Part shown: piece after piece, positions 13,238 to 26,305 of the stretch
Position numbering within the stretch: position 1 is the first letter of the stretch
Layout: each line of letters opens with the position of its first letter
NCBI RefSeq assembly: GCF_000143415.4
Contig: NW_003314274.1
Coordinates: 817,788 to 881,787, forward strand
DNA length: 64,000 nt
Source of the DNA: Selaginella moellendorffii
Taxonomy: Eukaryota > Plantae > Lycopodiophyta
Reading direction: 5' to 3'
Notes under the pieces: model-generated
The model's input: only the letters and a program-made list of their open reading frames with translations
The model's database searches: none
What the model was told of the DNA's origin: nothing
Translations under genes and position numbers: made by a program

Positions 13238-15441
13238 TTGATACATACTCAAGTCTAAACCACCACCAAGGAAACAACTCTAGAAAAAGTTTACAATGAT
13301 CACACTATGTGAGAAACGCACCAACTTCAATGCTAAAGAAGAGAATTATAGTACAACTCACAATATCTTCCTCAACACATCTATAAGCGAAATTTCATAA
13401 TGCCAAAGCTAATGAAGAGCATGTCTGCATCAATCAAAAGCTAAGCATAACAAAACTATGCTCAATAAGTGATCACCAAATCAATTCTCCATGAATCCAC
13501 TTATAACAAGATATAACTCACTTCATGACAAACATAAAAAAAGTTATCAATGATCAATATATTCCAACTCAAATCCAATAAAGATTCAAACATGCCAATA
13601 TTGATTAGTAACTCTTCCTCTCGTAAAGTTAGCATTGTCAACAACTAATCACTTTTTAAGGAAAAGCTCAAAGCTCAACCCCTACTAAACAATCTTGTCT
13701 AGAACATAACTAACTCAAACTTGCTACTCAATTCGTTTGAATGTCAATATAATTGCTAACTAACAATTGTACAAATGCCAAAAACATAAAGCTATAATGA
13801 AACCATCAACACTATTTTTATTGAGACTAATGAAACTCAATATCAATCCTACGGAGAGACATCTCATCTCATTCGAATCTCAACATCAATAATGTTAATA
13901 ATAATGCATCACTTTAATACCATCAACACTAGGACAAAGGTAAAAGAAAGTAAGAATGAATCACTACTCAAGACTTCTTAGCAACCAAGCTAACCAAAGT
14001 CAAAGATATCTTAGTCAGTATTTGAGACTAATTCTTCAATAATACTTAGGTTCAAATAACACATCATCATGAAATGATTCACCATGTCTAAGTCTTAATG
14101 AAATCCAACACCATAGACTAAACACAACTAAATAATATCAATAGAGGTAGAGTCAATATGCCAATATGAAAAACCCATGTAAGTATATATAGCATACCAT
14201 ATCTCTCTCCCTTTAAACCAACTGGAAAAGGGGCAATTGTTTGATGAGAGAGCCCTTAGTGGCTATTTTATCCCTATTTATCCCCTAAGGTTCCAAGGAT
14301 CCACGGTGACAGTATATTTAAATCTCATCCCATGATCACATACGCTACACTCACCCCCCCTTTCAGAGATGTCAATGTCCTCATTGACTATTGACTAACA
14401 ACCCCTACTAAACCAAAGGGAACTAGCACCTCCATTTCTGCACTGAATTTACCAATCCTTTCATTGTGTAAACCAGCTATTCCATGTGTGGTAACTAGTC
14501 ATCCACCCGTACCGCAATCCCACGGTGGATACCTTTGTCCGTGGATACTCCACACAAGAGGAAGGACGTACGCATGGATGTCCAATATGTATGATTTTCA
14601 AATTTAGGGGTAGAAATATACCTTGCTCAAGGGTATATTATATTTTTAAGTAGCCACTAATCAATGGGAATCGAACCCGTGCCATTTGCTCTGATACCAA
14701 CTATAGCGCACTTTATCTCTCTCCCCTTAAGCTAATTGGAAAAGGGGCAATTGCTTGATGAAAGAGCCCTTAGTGGCTACTTTATCCCTATTTATCCCCC
14801 AAGGTTCCAAAGATCCATGGTGACAGTATATCCAAATTTCATCCCATGATCACATGCACTATAGTATAACAACATGATCTTTTGCAACACCATTCGGTAA
14901 AACAAGTCTATCACTACTAATTCATCATTAAACGAAGCAAGTGTCAAAGTCCTCGATAAAGTTTCCAAGTAATCACTAGTCACAAAGCAACCAACAATCA
15001 CTTTTCAACTTGCCTTCACAAGACCCAAACACTAAATTCATGTCATAAAGTCATATACTTGTCCAACAAAAATATAATACCCCAGATACGATATAAAGGT
15101 TTATGGACAGGCATGAACTAAATGATTACTCGAATCCATCTTAACCACAATAAGCTCACTAACATATTTAACCAATAGCTTTAAGCATGCCTTGAAGAGG
15201 TTAGCTATGCATGATCAACACTTAGTCAAAACTAAAGTGAAGACCATGAGATGGACTTATATCGGTATATAACCTCTTGATAGACAAGTTATAGTATGGG
15301 TACCAACATATCAACCTCAAACAACTAAGTTGAACATCATTATCATTATCCAAGGCGTAGGGCCACCAAGACCAAGTCATGATCTCTCATAAAGTCTAAC
15401 AAAATGCAAGGTGCAAATGCTAAAAAAGAAAGGCACAAGGG
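13238..15441 (-). mobile_element. Continuation of the older LARD-like internal region, interrupted by a TRIM
   Basis: Similar to ~7145-7235, then jumps at CAACTTCAATG to ~8598-10040; ends at AGGCACAAGGG. Confidence 0.85.
14188..14863 (-). mobile_element. Complete TRIM (676 bp)
   Basis: 162-bp direct terminal repeats at 14188-14349 and 14702-14863; TSD GTATA on both sides; PBS TGGTATCAGAGC on minus (~14688-14699); PPT GGGGGGGTGAG on minus (~14350-14360); non-coding interior. Confidence 0.93.
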
Positions 15442-18354
15442 AGGCGTCATACTGACATGCAATGCTGGGGAATTATGCTTATAAACCAGCTATCCCATTC
15501 CAAAAGACTGCAGATGAGGTTTTCAAGCAGGCTACTTTCCATGGACAATGTGATGGTGACGCCTTTTTGAATACAAAAAGCTGGAACCTATCACAAGGAG
15601 ATCAATGTACATGGAATCAGTTTCAACCGTATTGTTGCTGCGATTGTCAGAGATGTGAAGGAGGAATTATCTGGCTTGACTCCTTGTTCTAGTACATGCT
15701 TATCAACCTGGACAAGTACTGGGCAGACTCAAGCTTGACATCGTCAGACTGCCTCGCCATCTTCCTATCCTTACTCATGGCTAATCCACAAGTGATCCTC
15801 TAGATTGCTGCCTTCCTTCAAATCCAAGAATGGATGCAAGCGGCTGCTATTAAGGTGCCAAAAAAGCCAGCTAACCCGGATCTGGAGTTCATCCTGCATG
15901 GACAGACTAAGATGAACATATGTGAGTTCATCCCTGTCCAACAGTACAAGTCTCCAACGTCCTCACAGCACGATGGTAGTGAAAGTAATGTAGCTTTCTC
16001 ACCTGCACTGTCCTCACAACGCATGCCGGCAAGGTCTCAAGGCCTACCACCGAATCGGAAACGTGATCACCCCGACGGAAAAACGTCCACGGGACTGACA
16101 TCACAGGAGACGGGCACACCACCATCAATCTCCAAGATGTCTGAGGCCAATGCAAGCTTGAACAAACAAAAGCTATGCAAAAGGCTCGGTGCAAGAAAGC
16201 AGTAGTAAATAAATTCTATTTTCTTCTTCCATGATTGGCAGCTAATGAAAATGCTCTTGTGATTGCTTATACAGTGTCCAGATGAAAATGGCTGGTCAAA
16301 GAGGGAATGGAAAGCGAACAAAAATTCATACACCTCCGATATATCAGTGTTGGATTTGAGAGGATTAGTATCCAAACTCTCATGAGGGAGTGCCTGGAAT
16401 TGATTGGCCTAGACACAGAACTCTTGGATCCCATTGTATTTGGTTGGAGGTATGAGCCCCAGATCAAACATGACTTTTATAAACCCGAAGAGGTTTTTTG
16501 CAACTGGGACACTCTTGAGCCCCTTGTTTGTGAATGCAAATGATAGCCATGGGTGACCTACCTTGACGAGACTGGCCATGTACGAACACTAGATCCAAAG
16601 ATCCTTGGTTCATGAGCACTCATGGCTGTCATCGAGAAAGGCCTCAATCACATCACTCCAAAACCACTCCAAACGGCAAAAATTATTGCTGAAATTTGTG
16701 AAGCTTGGGATCAGATTGCTGGTGTAATCCCAGATGTTTATATTTGCAACTGGCCAAGTAATGAAGTGGCTGTTAAACAGCATATCAACTACCAAGTCCG
16801 AATAGCATTACAAAATTGCCAAATCACCCCAACTGTAGGTGTGATGACCACCCCTAAGGCACAATGGCAATTGGAGTGGGTACATAAACACTTATACATC
16901 AGTGGTGCCGATAAAGTGGCTAACACACCCACCTTCTTTTTCATAATGTTAGCCCACAGGGAAGCACTTGTGCGGATGAATAGTGAAGACTTCTCACTCG
17001 CGGTCTCAAACAATAATGTCTCTAAAGCACCTGAGAAAGTTGTAAAACAATTGCTCGGCAACCCACTCCTACAGGAACTTTCGCCTCAGCAACTAGATCT
17101 CCCTTACCTCATGGGAATCTATATAGTGCACAAGAACAAAATGTGTTGGTTGACAAATGCAGATGGATGTATCTTCTCAGAAATCACAATCTGCCTAACA
17201 GCCATCCTAAAAGGGATACAGGAGGCACTACAAAACATAGCTGATGATTTCTATGCATAGGCAAAGTTCTTTAGAGGAAAGATGAACACGTGCTAAATCC
17301 TTGGATCCACACAAGAGTTCGAGATCAATTTCCCAGATAGAATCACAACGATCTACACAAAGATATCACCAAGTGCTATGAGGCCATTCCCCTTGAGGGA
17401 GACCAAAACCTTATGATGGCTATGATACATCTTATCACTTTAGCCTTTGTGCACCAAAATCACTTCCAAAAAGACCTTTTTCTGATTCAAAAGAAGAATA
17501 ACAATCTTGAGGCTGAATGGAAACCTCTACACCACTCATCAGTAAAGGCTACTAGAATGGATCCAACAAAAGTCATCGAGCTAAATAACTTCATCAACCG
17601 GAACACATATGTCCGGTTGGGAAACAGAGTATGGAGACAAGTCCGAGGAATTCCCATGGGCTTCTCTTGCTCACCTTTGTGGTGTAAATTGTACCTCTTC
17701 TACTTCAAGTACAATTTTCTTACTCAACTTGCATGTCTAGGCCAGTATGATTTACTTTGCCTTTTCGAGCACATCTCCAAGTACATGGATGATCTAGTTT
17801 CGATGAACAATCTCATGATCCTCCACTTCTTTGACCCTGATTAAATCAAGCTCAAAGGAAATCCACTATGATTCCTTGCCATACAAAATGAGATGAACAA
17901 TCCATTCATAGGCATGGACAGATCACTGGTGAACCTGTCTACTCATTTCTTGATCCTTCAGATCCAGATCATATGGGTTCACAGTACTTTTTTAACCACA
18001 AAATATGATAAGTGCCAATCACTTCCATTCAAAATCTCGATGTACATTCATCAAGATTCAAACTGACCCATGACAAACTCATCTAAAGTAATCCTGGGAC
18101 AAGTCTTTGCGCTTTTCTATCTGATTAATACTGCTGGTGGTATCGTCCTTGAGATTGATAATCTCGTTGAATGCTTCGTGGAAAAAGGATTCCATCATTA
18201 TGCATTAAGACAACTTATCCTTCGTGGTCTGGACAGAATTATTTTGACCAGCCCCTTAACACCGGTGCAAGTAGTGCTTGATATTCTCTTTGACATCTCG
18301 AGAGAGCTGGCCAATCACCCACCACAGCTCGACGACTTAGCAAACTCAAGCTGA
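15442..18354 (+). mobile_element. Decayed Penelope-like retroelement RT (Naiad/Chlamys-like), no endonuclease visible
   Basis: Motifs across frameshifts: GHVRTLD, KGLNH, ADK.AN, LPYLMGIY.VHK, DITKCYEAIP, WRQVRGIPMGFSCSP, KYMDDL, and thumb YDK..LPF....H.DSN.P; no GIY-YIG seen up- or downstream. Confidence 0.85.
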
Positions 18355-19579
18355 GAGCTAGGGATTCTATCTTCTAAACAATAAAATCCATCACTTGGTC
18401 ATTATATCGAAATATAATAGATTCAGTTTCTATGCATTTTTGGACTGAGAACAACAGAAGAACAAGTTCCCCCAAACTTACCATGAAGTCCTTGGTTATA
18501 CTTTGAACAAAATGTGTAAGTGAACCATTGATTACATTTGTGCTTTGATTGATAAATGGAAAATACAATACAAGCTCTACTCTCTCATTAGAAGACAAAT
18601 CCCATGCTTTGATAACAAAAAGGTTTTCTTTAAAAATAATTCTTAAAGAAAATCTTGTTTACAGAAAACTCTGTTATCCCATTGACAAGTTAATAGGACA
18701 CATGAGTAGACATGGCATGGTAAAAAACAAAACCTTGGATTCTTCACAAAATCTCGCGCTGAGAGACACACTGTACAAATAGGCAAACCTAATTACAAGC
18801 TATAGCTATTCGACTTCATGGCTGCAGGCACTGGATATTCTCACACCAAAAGGTATGAAGCGATGGGAAAAACCCTAATGTTAGGGTTTCTTGCCTGCAT
18901 CCGCCGCCGCTGCATTCTCCAGGAGCGCATCCACAAGCAAAGGGAGGTTGGGCTGCTGCAAGGCTGTGCGCTGTTCCTTGCCCACTCCAGGATCAATAAC
19001 CGCTTCGTTGCGCACCGCAAGAATGAGTAGCACCAACGAAGTGTTTGCTTGGTTATAGCTCAAAACGAGCTTACACCCACCACTAAGGTTATGAGGAATC
19101 TCACTACCACATTCCTGGCTATGCAAAAACGAGTACAAATGATTTGGTTTCTGCGTTTCTCTTCACCCTTGGCTTGTAGGAACTCTTTTCGGCTTGAATG
19201 CTGGAACTTAGCGCCATGGCAACACAAGGGGCTTTCATTCCTTGTGATATCATCTGATCCAGTATCTAATCATCCCCTCAGAAAAAAGACAGGATGGCAA
19301 TGACTGGACTAGGCGGTGAGATCCATGAGTCAACAGATAGTGATCAAGCTGAGCATGTTCCCTAGTTCTCGTCTTTGGAAGTCATTTATGATGTGTGGCC
19401 CGGACATGTACCTAAGTATATTGGCTCACGAGCATCAGTCGTGCAAGTCTCAATTCATTCTTGAATTCTAGCTTTGTACTTTCACAAAAAAATGAGAGAT
19501 AGAGCTAGTGGAGATTGCACTACTAATCCTTATCTACCATGATACAGGTACCCCCTGGACACCCAAACCGTAGGAGGTG

Positions 19580-22500
19580 ACATAGGAAATGTTTGGAGAG
19601 ATCATCTTGGTCGTGGTTGGTACCGGGTTACGGGCGGATGATCCTACACCTTGGATGAATGTACCGAAAATGGCCTAGTCAATCTGCTTAACCAAAATTG
19701 TGCTAGACATTGTCTAACACCATTTTGTGTGTAAGTGCTGGATATGGGGAGCTGGTGCTTGTGGGATTGTACTAGACCCTCATTTCATAGTGCAACGGGC
19801 TTGGAGTTTGGCTCCAAATTCAGATGCACTATATTTGGTATTAGAGGAATTGTCTTAACAATTCCTATCCAACTTTTATCGGATTTTTTTACTCAAGTTG
19901 CATACGCAGAGACTTTTCTAGTAGATTTGAAGTGACCTGTGTAGGATTAGTTGGATTGCACCATTCAGTAAGAATGTTGTATGCATGTTCAGTTACTGCT
20001 AAAGGCATGCATGCAGTTAGTGGGATGGTGAAAAAAAACTATATTGATGATGCTAAAACCTTTAGATGAGCAAATTAAGAGGAGGAAACTCCTGCTAGGG
20101 ATGCTACGGAAGAGGTTGAGGCTAAGTTAGAAGAGAAAGAGCCAGATGCTGCAACACTACAGCGTACAACTCAGAAAGTTGAGATCGAGAATTTGCAAAG
20201 GGAAGTTCGCAAATTGAAGGAGAACAAGAAGAGAAAGAAAGAAGCTAAAGCAGCTAAATCAGCTAAACCTAAGCAACCGGACTCCTCTTCAAGTTCTAAG
20301 GACGATGAAGTTCTGCAACCACCCCTAATTGCACGAGTTTCAAAGTTCAAGCCTCTGAAACCACCCAATTTCAAAGGCATGCAAGACTATCAGGTTTTGG
20401 AAGATTGGGTCTACAATATGGAAAATTATTTCATAGCAGCAAACGTAGATGATCGTACGAAAGTTGCCTACACGCAATCTTTTCTCACCGATCATGCCAA
20501 AACTTGGTGGCACTAGGTGTGTGCTGAAAAAGGGCAAACTAGAAATTGGACCAAGATGTGGTCTCGTATCTGTAAGAAATACTTGCCGAATGATCTTGGT
20601 CTGAGACTTCGTGTGGAGCTACGGTGGTTAAAGCAACGAGGGGACCTTATGCATTACATTAATGTGTTTGCTCAGAAGCGCATTATGATTGCAAATATGA
20701 GTGATGAAGATGCTCAAAGTTATTTCTTGGAAGGTTTGTGTTCACTTTCTCGCAATGAGATTTTGAAGTTTAAGCCGAAGACATACCTAGAGTATAAGGA
20801 GCAGTGCAGCAAGTTGCCTTTAGTCACTTGCTCATGGAACAATATCAACAGCCATATGCTGGTACCTCAGACAAAAATAAGAATTCTGGGATTAAACATC
20901 GGAAATAGAGATTGGAAACAGAGGGTGGAAGAAAGGTTCTACCTTGGATGCTCACAAGCAACAGTTAACAAAGGTGGTGGTGGTTGGAGACCACCAGCAG
21001 CTTCTTCTAGTCCTAGGCTTTTTGTTCCTCCTCCTGGTGGGTACAAGCAATAGCAACCTGCAAAACCTACTCCTAGTGGAATAGGTAGTGTGGTCATTGT
21101 TTCCATTGTGGAGAGTCAGGATATAGGTCCTTGGTATGTCTCAACAAGCATAAGATAAGGTCTCGTGTTAATGTCATGAGGGAAGACAGTGGTGGTGAAG
21201 CTGAAGGGGTTGATGAGTTTGTCAATACAGACTATAAGGAAGAGGAGGTGAGTTACTTTCGTTACTTTCTTCAAACTTTTCTTGCAGTCAATGCAAACAC
21301 TGATCCATTGATGTATCTGGTAGGCTTTGTCCGCAGACACCAAATCTCAGTGATGATTGACATGAGATCTACGTATAATGCGATATCTGAAGACTTAGTT
21401 AAGTTGTTAGGATTGAATGCTGAGCAAATGTCACCTATACACTTCTGGTTTGCTGAAGGTGGGCAAGTAGCCAGAAAATTTGTGAGTGATGTTTCAATAA
21501 AAATATCCAAGTGAAAAGAAAGAGTGGACTTGGTAGTGTTGAAGATACCAGATTTTTATATGGTGTTTGGTATGGATTTCATCAACAAATATATTAAAGG
21601 GATTTATAGTGCTGGACAAAGTTGTATCGCATTGAAGTCAGAAGGATGTCCAATGTGTCTTTCCAGTTGCAAAAGTGCTCCTCAAAGGATTGGGATACTA
21701 AGTTCCTGACTGGGAGAGTTGCTCAAAAAGCAGCTAAGAAGGGATATTAGACCTTTTGGGTTCAAGTGATGGTGACTCAATTTGAATCAGTGACAGGGTT
21801 GATCTTGTACTAAAGAAGATATTGGAGTTGTTGGCATGGAATCAGGATATCTTCTCGAAGGATTTGTTGCCATAGCTACCTCCTAGCTGTGAGATTGATT
21901 ATCGGATTGAGGTCATTTTGGGTTCTAAACCGCCTACAAAAGCTCCATATTGTTTGAACATCAAGGAGATAGTTGAACTCAAGAAGTAACTTATGGAGCT
22001 TCTTGACAAAGGTCATATCTGACTAAGCAAGTCATCTTATGGAGCACCGGCCCTTTTTGTTATGAAAAAGGATGGAACCATGAGGATATGTATCGACTAT
22101 TGAGCACTCAACAAGATCATGGTCAAAATAATTACTTTTTGCCTTGCATTGATGAATTGTTTAACCAACTCTAAAAGACTAAGTATTTTATGCAACTTGA
22201 TTTGCGATCCGGGTATCATCAAATATGGGTGGTAGATCAGGATATGGAGAAGACATTCTTTAAGACTCGATACAGATCTTATGAGTTTTTTGTCATGCCA
22301 TTTGGGTTATGCAATGCTCTAGCAATGTTCAGCACTATGATGGATAGAATATTTGGAGATTATATTTGGAGATGTTTTAGTTTTCAGTGAAACATTGGAG
22401 GATCATTTGAAACACTTGGAGCTGGTGTTTCAGAAATCACGTGAATACAAATTGTATGCTAAAGAAAGTAAATGTGCTTTTGGACAATTGCACATAAACT

Positions 22501-22630
22501 TTCTCAAACATATAGTTGGTGGTGTGTAATTGAGGTGGATTCAAAGAAGGTGGAAGAGGTGAAGTCTTGGGAAGTCCCAATCACTGTATCAGATGTTTGT
22601 TCCTTTCTCAGTTTGGCGAGATACTATCCA
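19580..22630 (+). mobile_element. Ty3/gypsy element, 5' half (LTR end, PBS, gag, protease, RT), decayed
   Basis: ..GCACTATA then TTTGGTATTAGAG (PBS-Met-like, ~19834-19846); gag KPPNFKG..LEDW..AKTWW; zinc knuckle CFHCGESG; degenerate protease MIDMRSTYNAIS; RT QLDLRSGYHQI and VMPFGLCNA; many stops. The 5' boundary is uncertain. Confidence 0.9.
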
Positions 22631-22670
22631 AGTTGGTAGTGCAGAGGAACTAGGTTCCTAAATTGTGATC

Positions 22671-23080
22671 TATAGCGCACTTTAAGTATAAGTTGGTCCA
22701 CCAGCATGGGGAGTCACGCCAGACATCCTGGGTGATGCCATCTGTAGATGCATATACAGAGGTTGGGTTTGAGTCCCAACCCTTTAGTGCTTGGGTTCGA
22801 GTCCCAACTCACTAGGGCATGGTGATGAGTTGGAATATGAGGACACTCATTTTTCGATGGTCATGGACTCTCAGTAAGGAGACTAGCTTGGGCACACCGC
22901 CAAACAAGAGATGCCCCAAAGTCATGATACACGGTTAGATTGCTTAATGTAAAAGCTTGGCATATCTAAGTTGAACACTTTGGTGCAAGTGGCACCAAAG
23001 ACGTGATGAATGAGATGGGGACACCCAGTCTTAGTTGCTATGGACCCTTGGCCGGAAGGGCTAGCTTGGGCGTACTGCCA
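22671..23080. mobile_element. LTR-like non-coding fragment separating two pol halves
   Basis: Begins TATAGCGCACTTTA, like the TRIM LTR terminus; non-coding; contains two TTGGGTTYGAGTCCCAA hairpins. Confidence 0.55.
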
Positions 23081-25507
23081 AGTGTGGGGTGTCAAGACGG
23101 ATCTAAGGAAAGTGGCTGTGGTGGAAAACTGGCCTACACCGACTATAGTGGCTAAGTTATGCAATTTTCTTGGTATAGCTAGTTACTACCGATGTTTCCA
23201 GCATAAGTTTGCAGAGGTGGTTATTCCTTTGACATAGTTGTTGTGTAAGAACATGCCATTCGAGTGGAAGAAGCCATAAGAGGAGAGTTTTGTGGCGTTG
23301 AAACAATTATTGAGCAAGACTCTAGTGCTTCACATTGCTGATCCATCAAAACCTTACGATGTGACATGCGATGCAAGTGGTTATGCATTAGGAGGAGTTC
23401 TCATGCAAGAGGGACAGCTTATCGTATATAAGAGTTGAACTTTGAATCCCGCAGAACAACATTATTCCACATATGAACAAGAGTTACTCTCTATTGTTTA
23501 TGCTTTGCGGACGTGGTGGCATTATCTTTATGGTGCAGTGTTTGTGGTGTTGACGGATCACAAACCACTTGTGTATCTTTTCATATAGAAGGAGTTGAAC
23601 ACTAAACAAGTTCATTGGATGGTCAAACTCATGGAGTTTGGGGAGTTTTCTATTGAGTATCATCCGGGAAAATCAAATGTGGTGGCGGATGCTTTATCTC
23701 GTGTTCGTCATGTGACAGCATTACAAACACGGTTTTGTCATCATTTGAGTAAAGTGGATAGCGAGTTTAGGTAGTTGGTTGAGCATGCTCAAGCTCAGGA
23801 TGCTAAGGTAGTCTTTTTGCGAGACCAGATGGACGCCCCTTTCTCATTAGTGGATGGGATTCTCTACTATAATGGCCATATATATTTGCCATGGGTGGAT
23901 GCATTAATTGCTCAAGTTGTATACCACTATCATGATCGTCCAGAGACCAGTCATTTTGGGGGGAAGAAAACATATGAGTTGATTAAGCGCAATTTTTATT
24001 GGAGGAATATGAAGACTGATATCCTCGAGTATTGTAAATCATGTGAATTCTGTCAGCGGATTAAGGTACCATGGGAGAGGCTGAGGAGACTTTTGCAACC
24101 TTTATCTATTCCTCAGAGTTGTTAGTGTAATATCTCTATTGACTTCATCACTTGTTTGCCACAAACACAAAGGCAAAAGGAGAAAGTATGGGTCATTGTG
24201 GATTAGTTGACGAAGTATGTGTGGTTGTTGGCTCTTTAGAAGACAATCACTGCCTCAAACTTGGCTGCGGTCTACTTGGAGAAGCTTTTTTTTTATTTTG
24301 GTTTGCCGGAGGACATCATTGGTGATTAAGATTCAAAGTTCACAAGTGGATTTTGGAAGAGCTTTACGAAGGCTATGCAAATGACTTTGAAACTCTCGAG
24401 TGGAAATCATCCTCAAATGAATGGGCAAACCGAATGTGTGAATTAGGTGGTGGAGGATATATTATGTTGTAGCGTTGGTCAAAGGTAAAGACAATAAGAT
24501 CTATATCTTCCATTCATGCAATTTACTTACAACAATAGCCAACACAGTGAAACTAAGCTATGTTCTTACTTTGCCATATTTGAAAGGCATCCCCGAACAA
24601 ATATGGAGTTGGGATTGCATTTGAGTAAGAACGTTCAAGATAAACTTGATTTAGAGGCGATTGATTTAGCCACAAAACTTGATGAGATTCTAGTGGTGTG
24701 CAAACGAAATTTGTAGGCAGCCTAGGATAGAGCGGACAAGTTTGCTAATGAGCATCGTCAATTCCGGAAATATAAGGTGGGTGATCTTATCTTTGTGCAA
24801 GTGATCTTTCCATCAAGTGAGCAGTGGAACACCTTGGTGCATTTATAGACAAGGAAGAATGACAAACTTTCCCATTGATATGCTGGTCCATATAAAATGT
24901 TGGAGCACATTGGTAAAGCGGCTTATCAGGTGTAGCTGCTAGCTGGGCTGAAAATTCATCTGGTATTTTATGTTAACTAGTTAAAAGGTGTATTATCTCA
25001 GAGTGACGAGCCCAATGCCTCCTACAACTATGGAAGATGGTCCAAGAGCTTGAGCAGGGTTCCCCAGAAAGGGTGATCACTGGTACAACTTGTCCTTGGG
25101 ACAAGGACTTTGTTGGGGGGGAAGAATTGTTAAGTGTCAACTTTGACCATGTGAATGTCGGTCAAAGGGAGGTTGAATGGTATATTAAAGCATGTTAGGG
25201 TAAGGGATTTAACCTACCTTAGGGCTCATAGTGGAGCGAGTATTCTTTTGCTTTGTGTAGAGAACAATAGACCTAATTGTGATCGTTTATTGCACAAGAG
25301 TAATATGAAAGTGGTGATGAAATTGTTACATAGGGAGTATGTTGGTGAGGAAGATATTGCACAAGGAGCTATGTAAGTTGAGGAATTGGTGGTGCTGTGG
25401 AGCTTTTGAGGTAGCTTGGGGGTGGATGGGTGGTGAGAAACCTCAAGAGGTGGCATAGCATAGTTTAGGGCGATTATATCTCTATCTTTTTGCACCAGAT
25501 CATAACA
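23081..25507 (+). mobile_element. Ty3/gypsy element, 3' half (RT connection, RNase H, integrase, PPT, 3' LTR ~25127-25507)
   Basis: VENWPTPT..FLGIASYYR, TCDASGYALGGVL, HDRPETSHFG..CEFCQR (HHCC zinc finger), ISIDFIT, HPQ.NGQTE, degenerate GPY; PPT GGGGGGGAAGAA, then TGTTA...TAACA. Confidence 0.9.
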
Positions 25508-25619
25508 ACTCCATCTTGCATCACAGTCCTTCAGGTTTACTTTTGATTTTCAGTAATTCCATGAATTGTTGAAGCATTATAAAAGTTGAATTTCATTTAA
25601 AATAAGTAGGAAGTTAAAG

Positions 25620-26170
25620 GTAAGGAGTTAGACCCTCAAGGAAAAAAACCACAATGGGAAAAATCTTGAGAGAAGAACTCCTAGATATTTTTTATGTCAT
25701 TTCTTGCTCTTGAAGTTCCCCCTACAAGAAATAAATATAAAGTGTTGTGCAAACAAAAAGGCTTCTTACTAGAGTTCTCTTGAACTTGTAGGATTATTTA
25801 GGACTTTCATACCTTTCTTCTTTTTCTTCTTCGGTTTCTTTGTTTCTTTCTCGGGAGGGAGAAACAAATCAGTAATCCTTGCTTCACTTGGTTTGCCTTT
25901 TGCTTTTTTGATCACATCATCATCATCATTCACATCAGTACTACTCCCACTATCACTGGAGCTGTTTGAACAGGGATCATGTCCCATTTCTTTCCCCACA
26001 TGCCAGCCAGTTGCTTGCTTTGCCATCCACAATTCATTTTTCACCTAAAAATTTTAGCTTACAATTACTTTTTGATGAGCATGAACAAAAGAAGAACTGC
26101 ACCTCCAAGTAGTACTGCTTGAGATAAAAGATGTAGAAAAGCTAGGTATCCACTCCAAGATGCAAAGGCA
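25620..26170 (-). pseudogene. Possible spliced gene fragment with acidic and lysine-rich segments, unidentified
   Basis: Short ORF with DDDD and KKPKKKKKK flanked by GT-AG-like 50-60 bp introns; no family recognised. Confidence 0.3.
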
Positions 26171-26305
26171 TCATAATTTTCAAAGCCCAGCTTTGCTTAT
26201 CCTATGTTCTTAGTGCGAGAAGATTTGAGAGTACCCTTTGACCACCACTCTGCATTCTTTCCATTATTAGAGAGTTGATATTCAACAATTATTTACATGC
26301 CAAGA

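Noticed and set aside
14230-14275. TGATGA plus a small AGCC/GGCT stem in the TRIM LTR as a hammerhead ribozyme (retrozyme)
   Set aside because: No CUGA start and no GAAA after the stem in any of the three LTR copies.
18818-19575. Gene fragment with a transit-peptide-like frame and the AAACCCTAATGTTAGGGTTT palindrome
   Set aside because: Multiple stops and no recognisable family; the palindrome is two telo-box units, not a telomeric array tied to the PLE.
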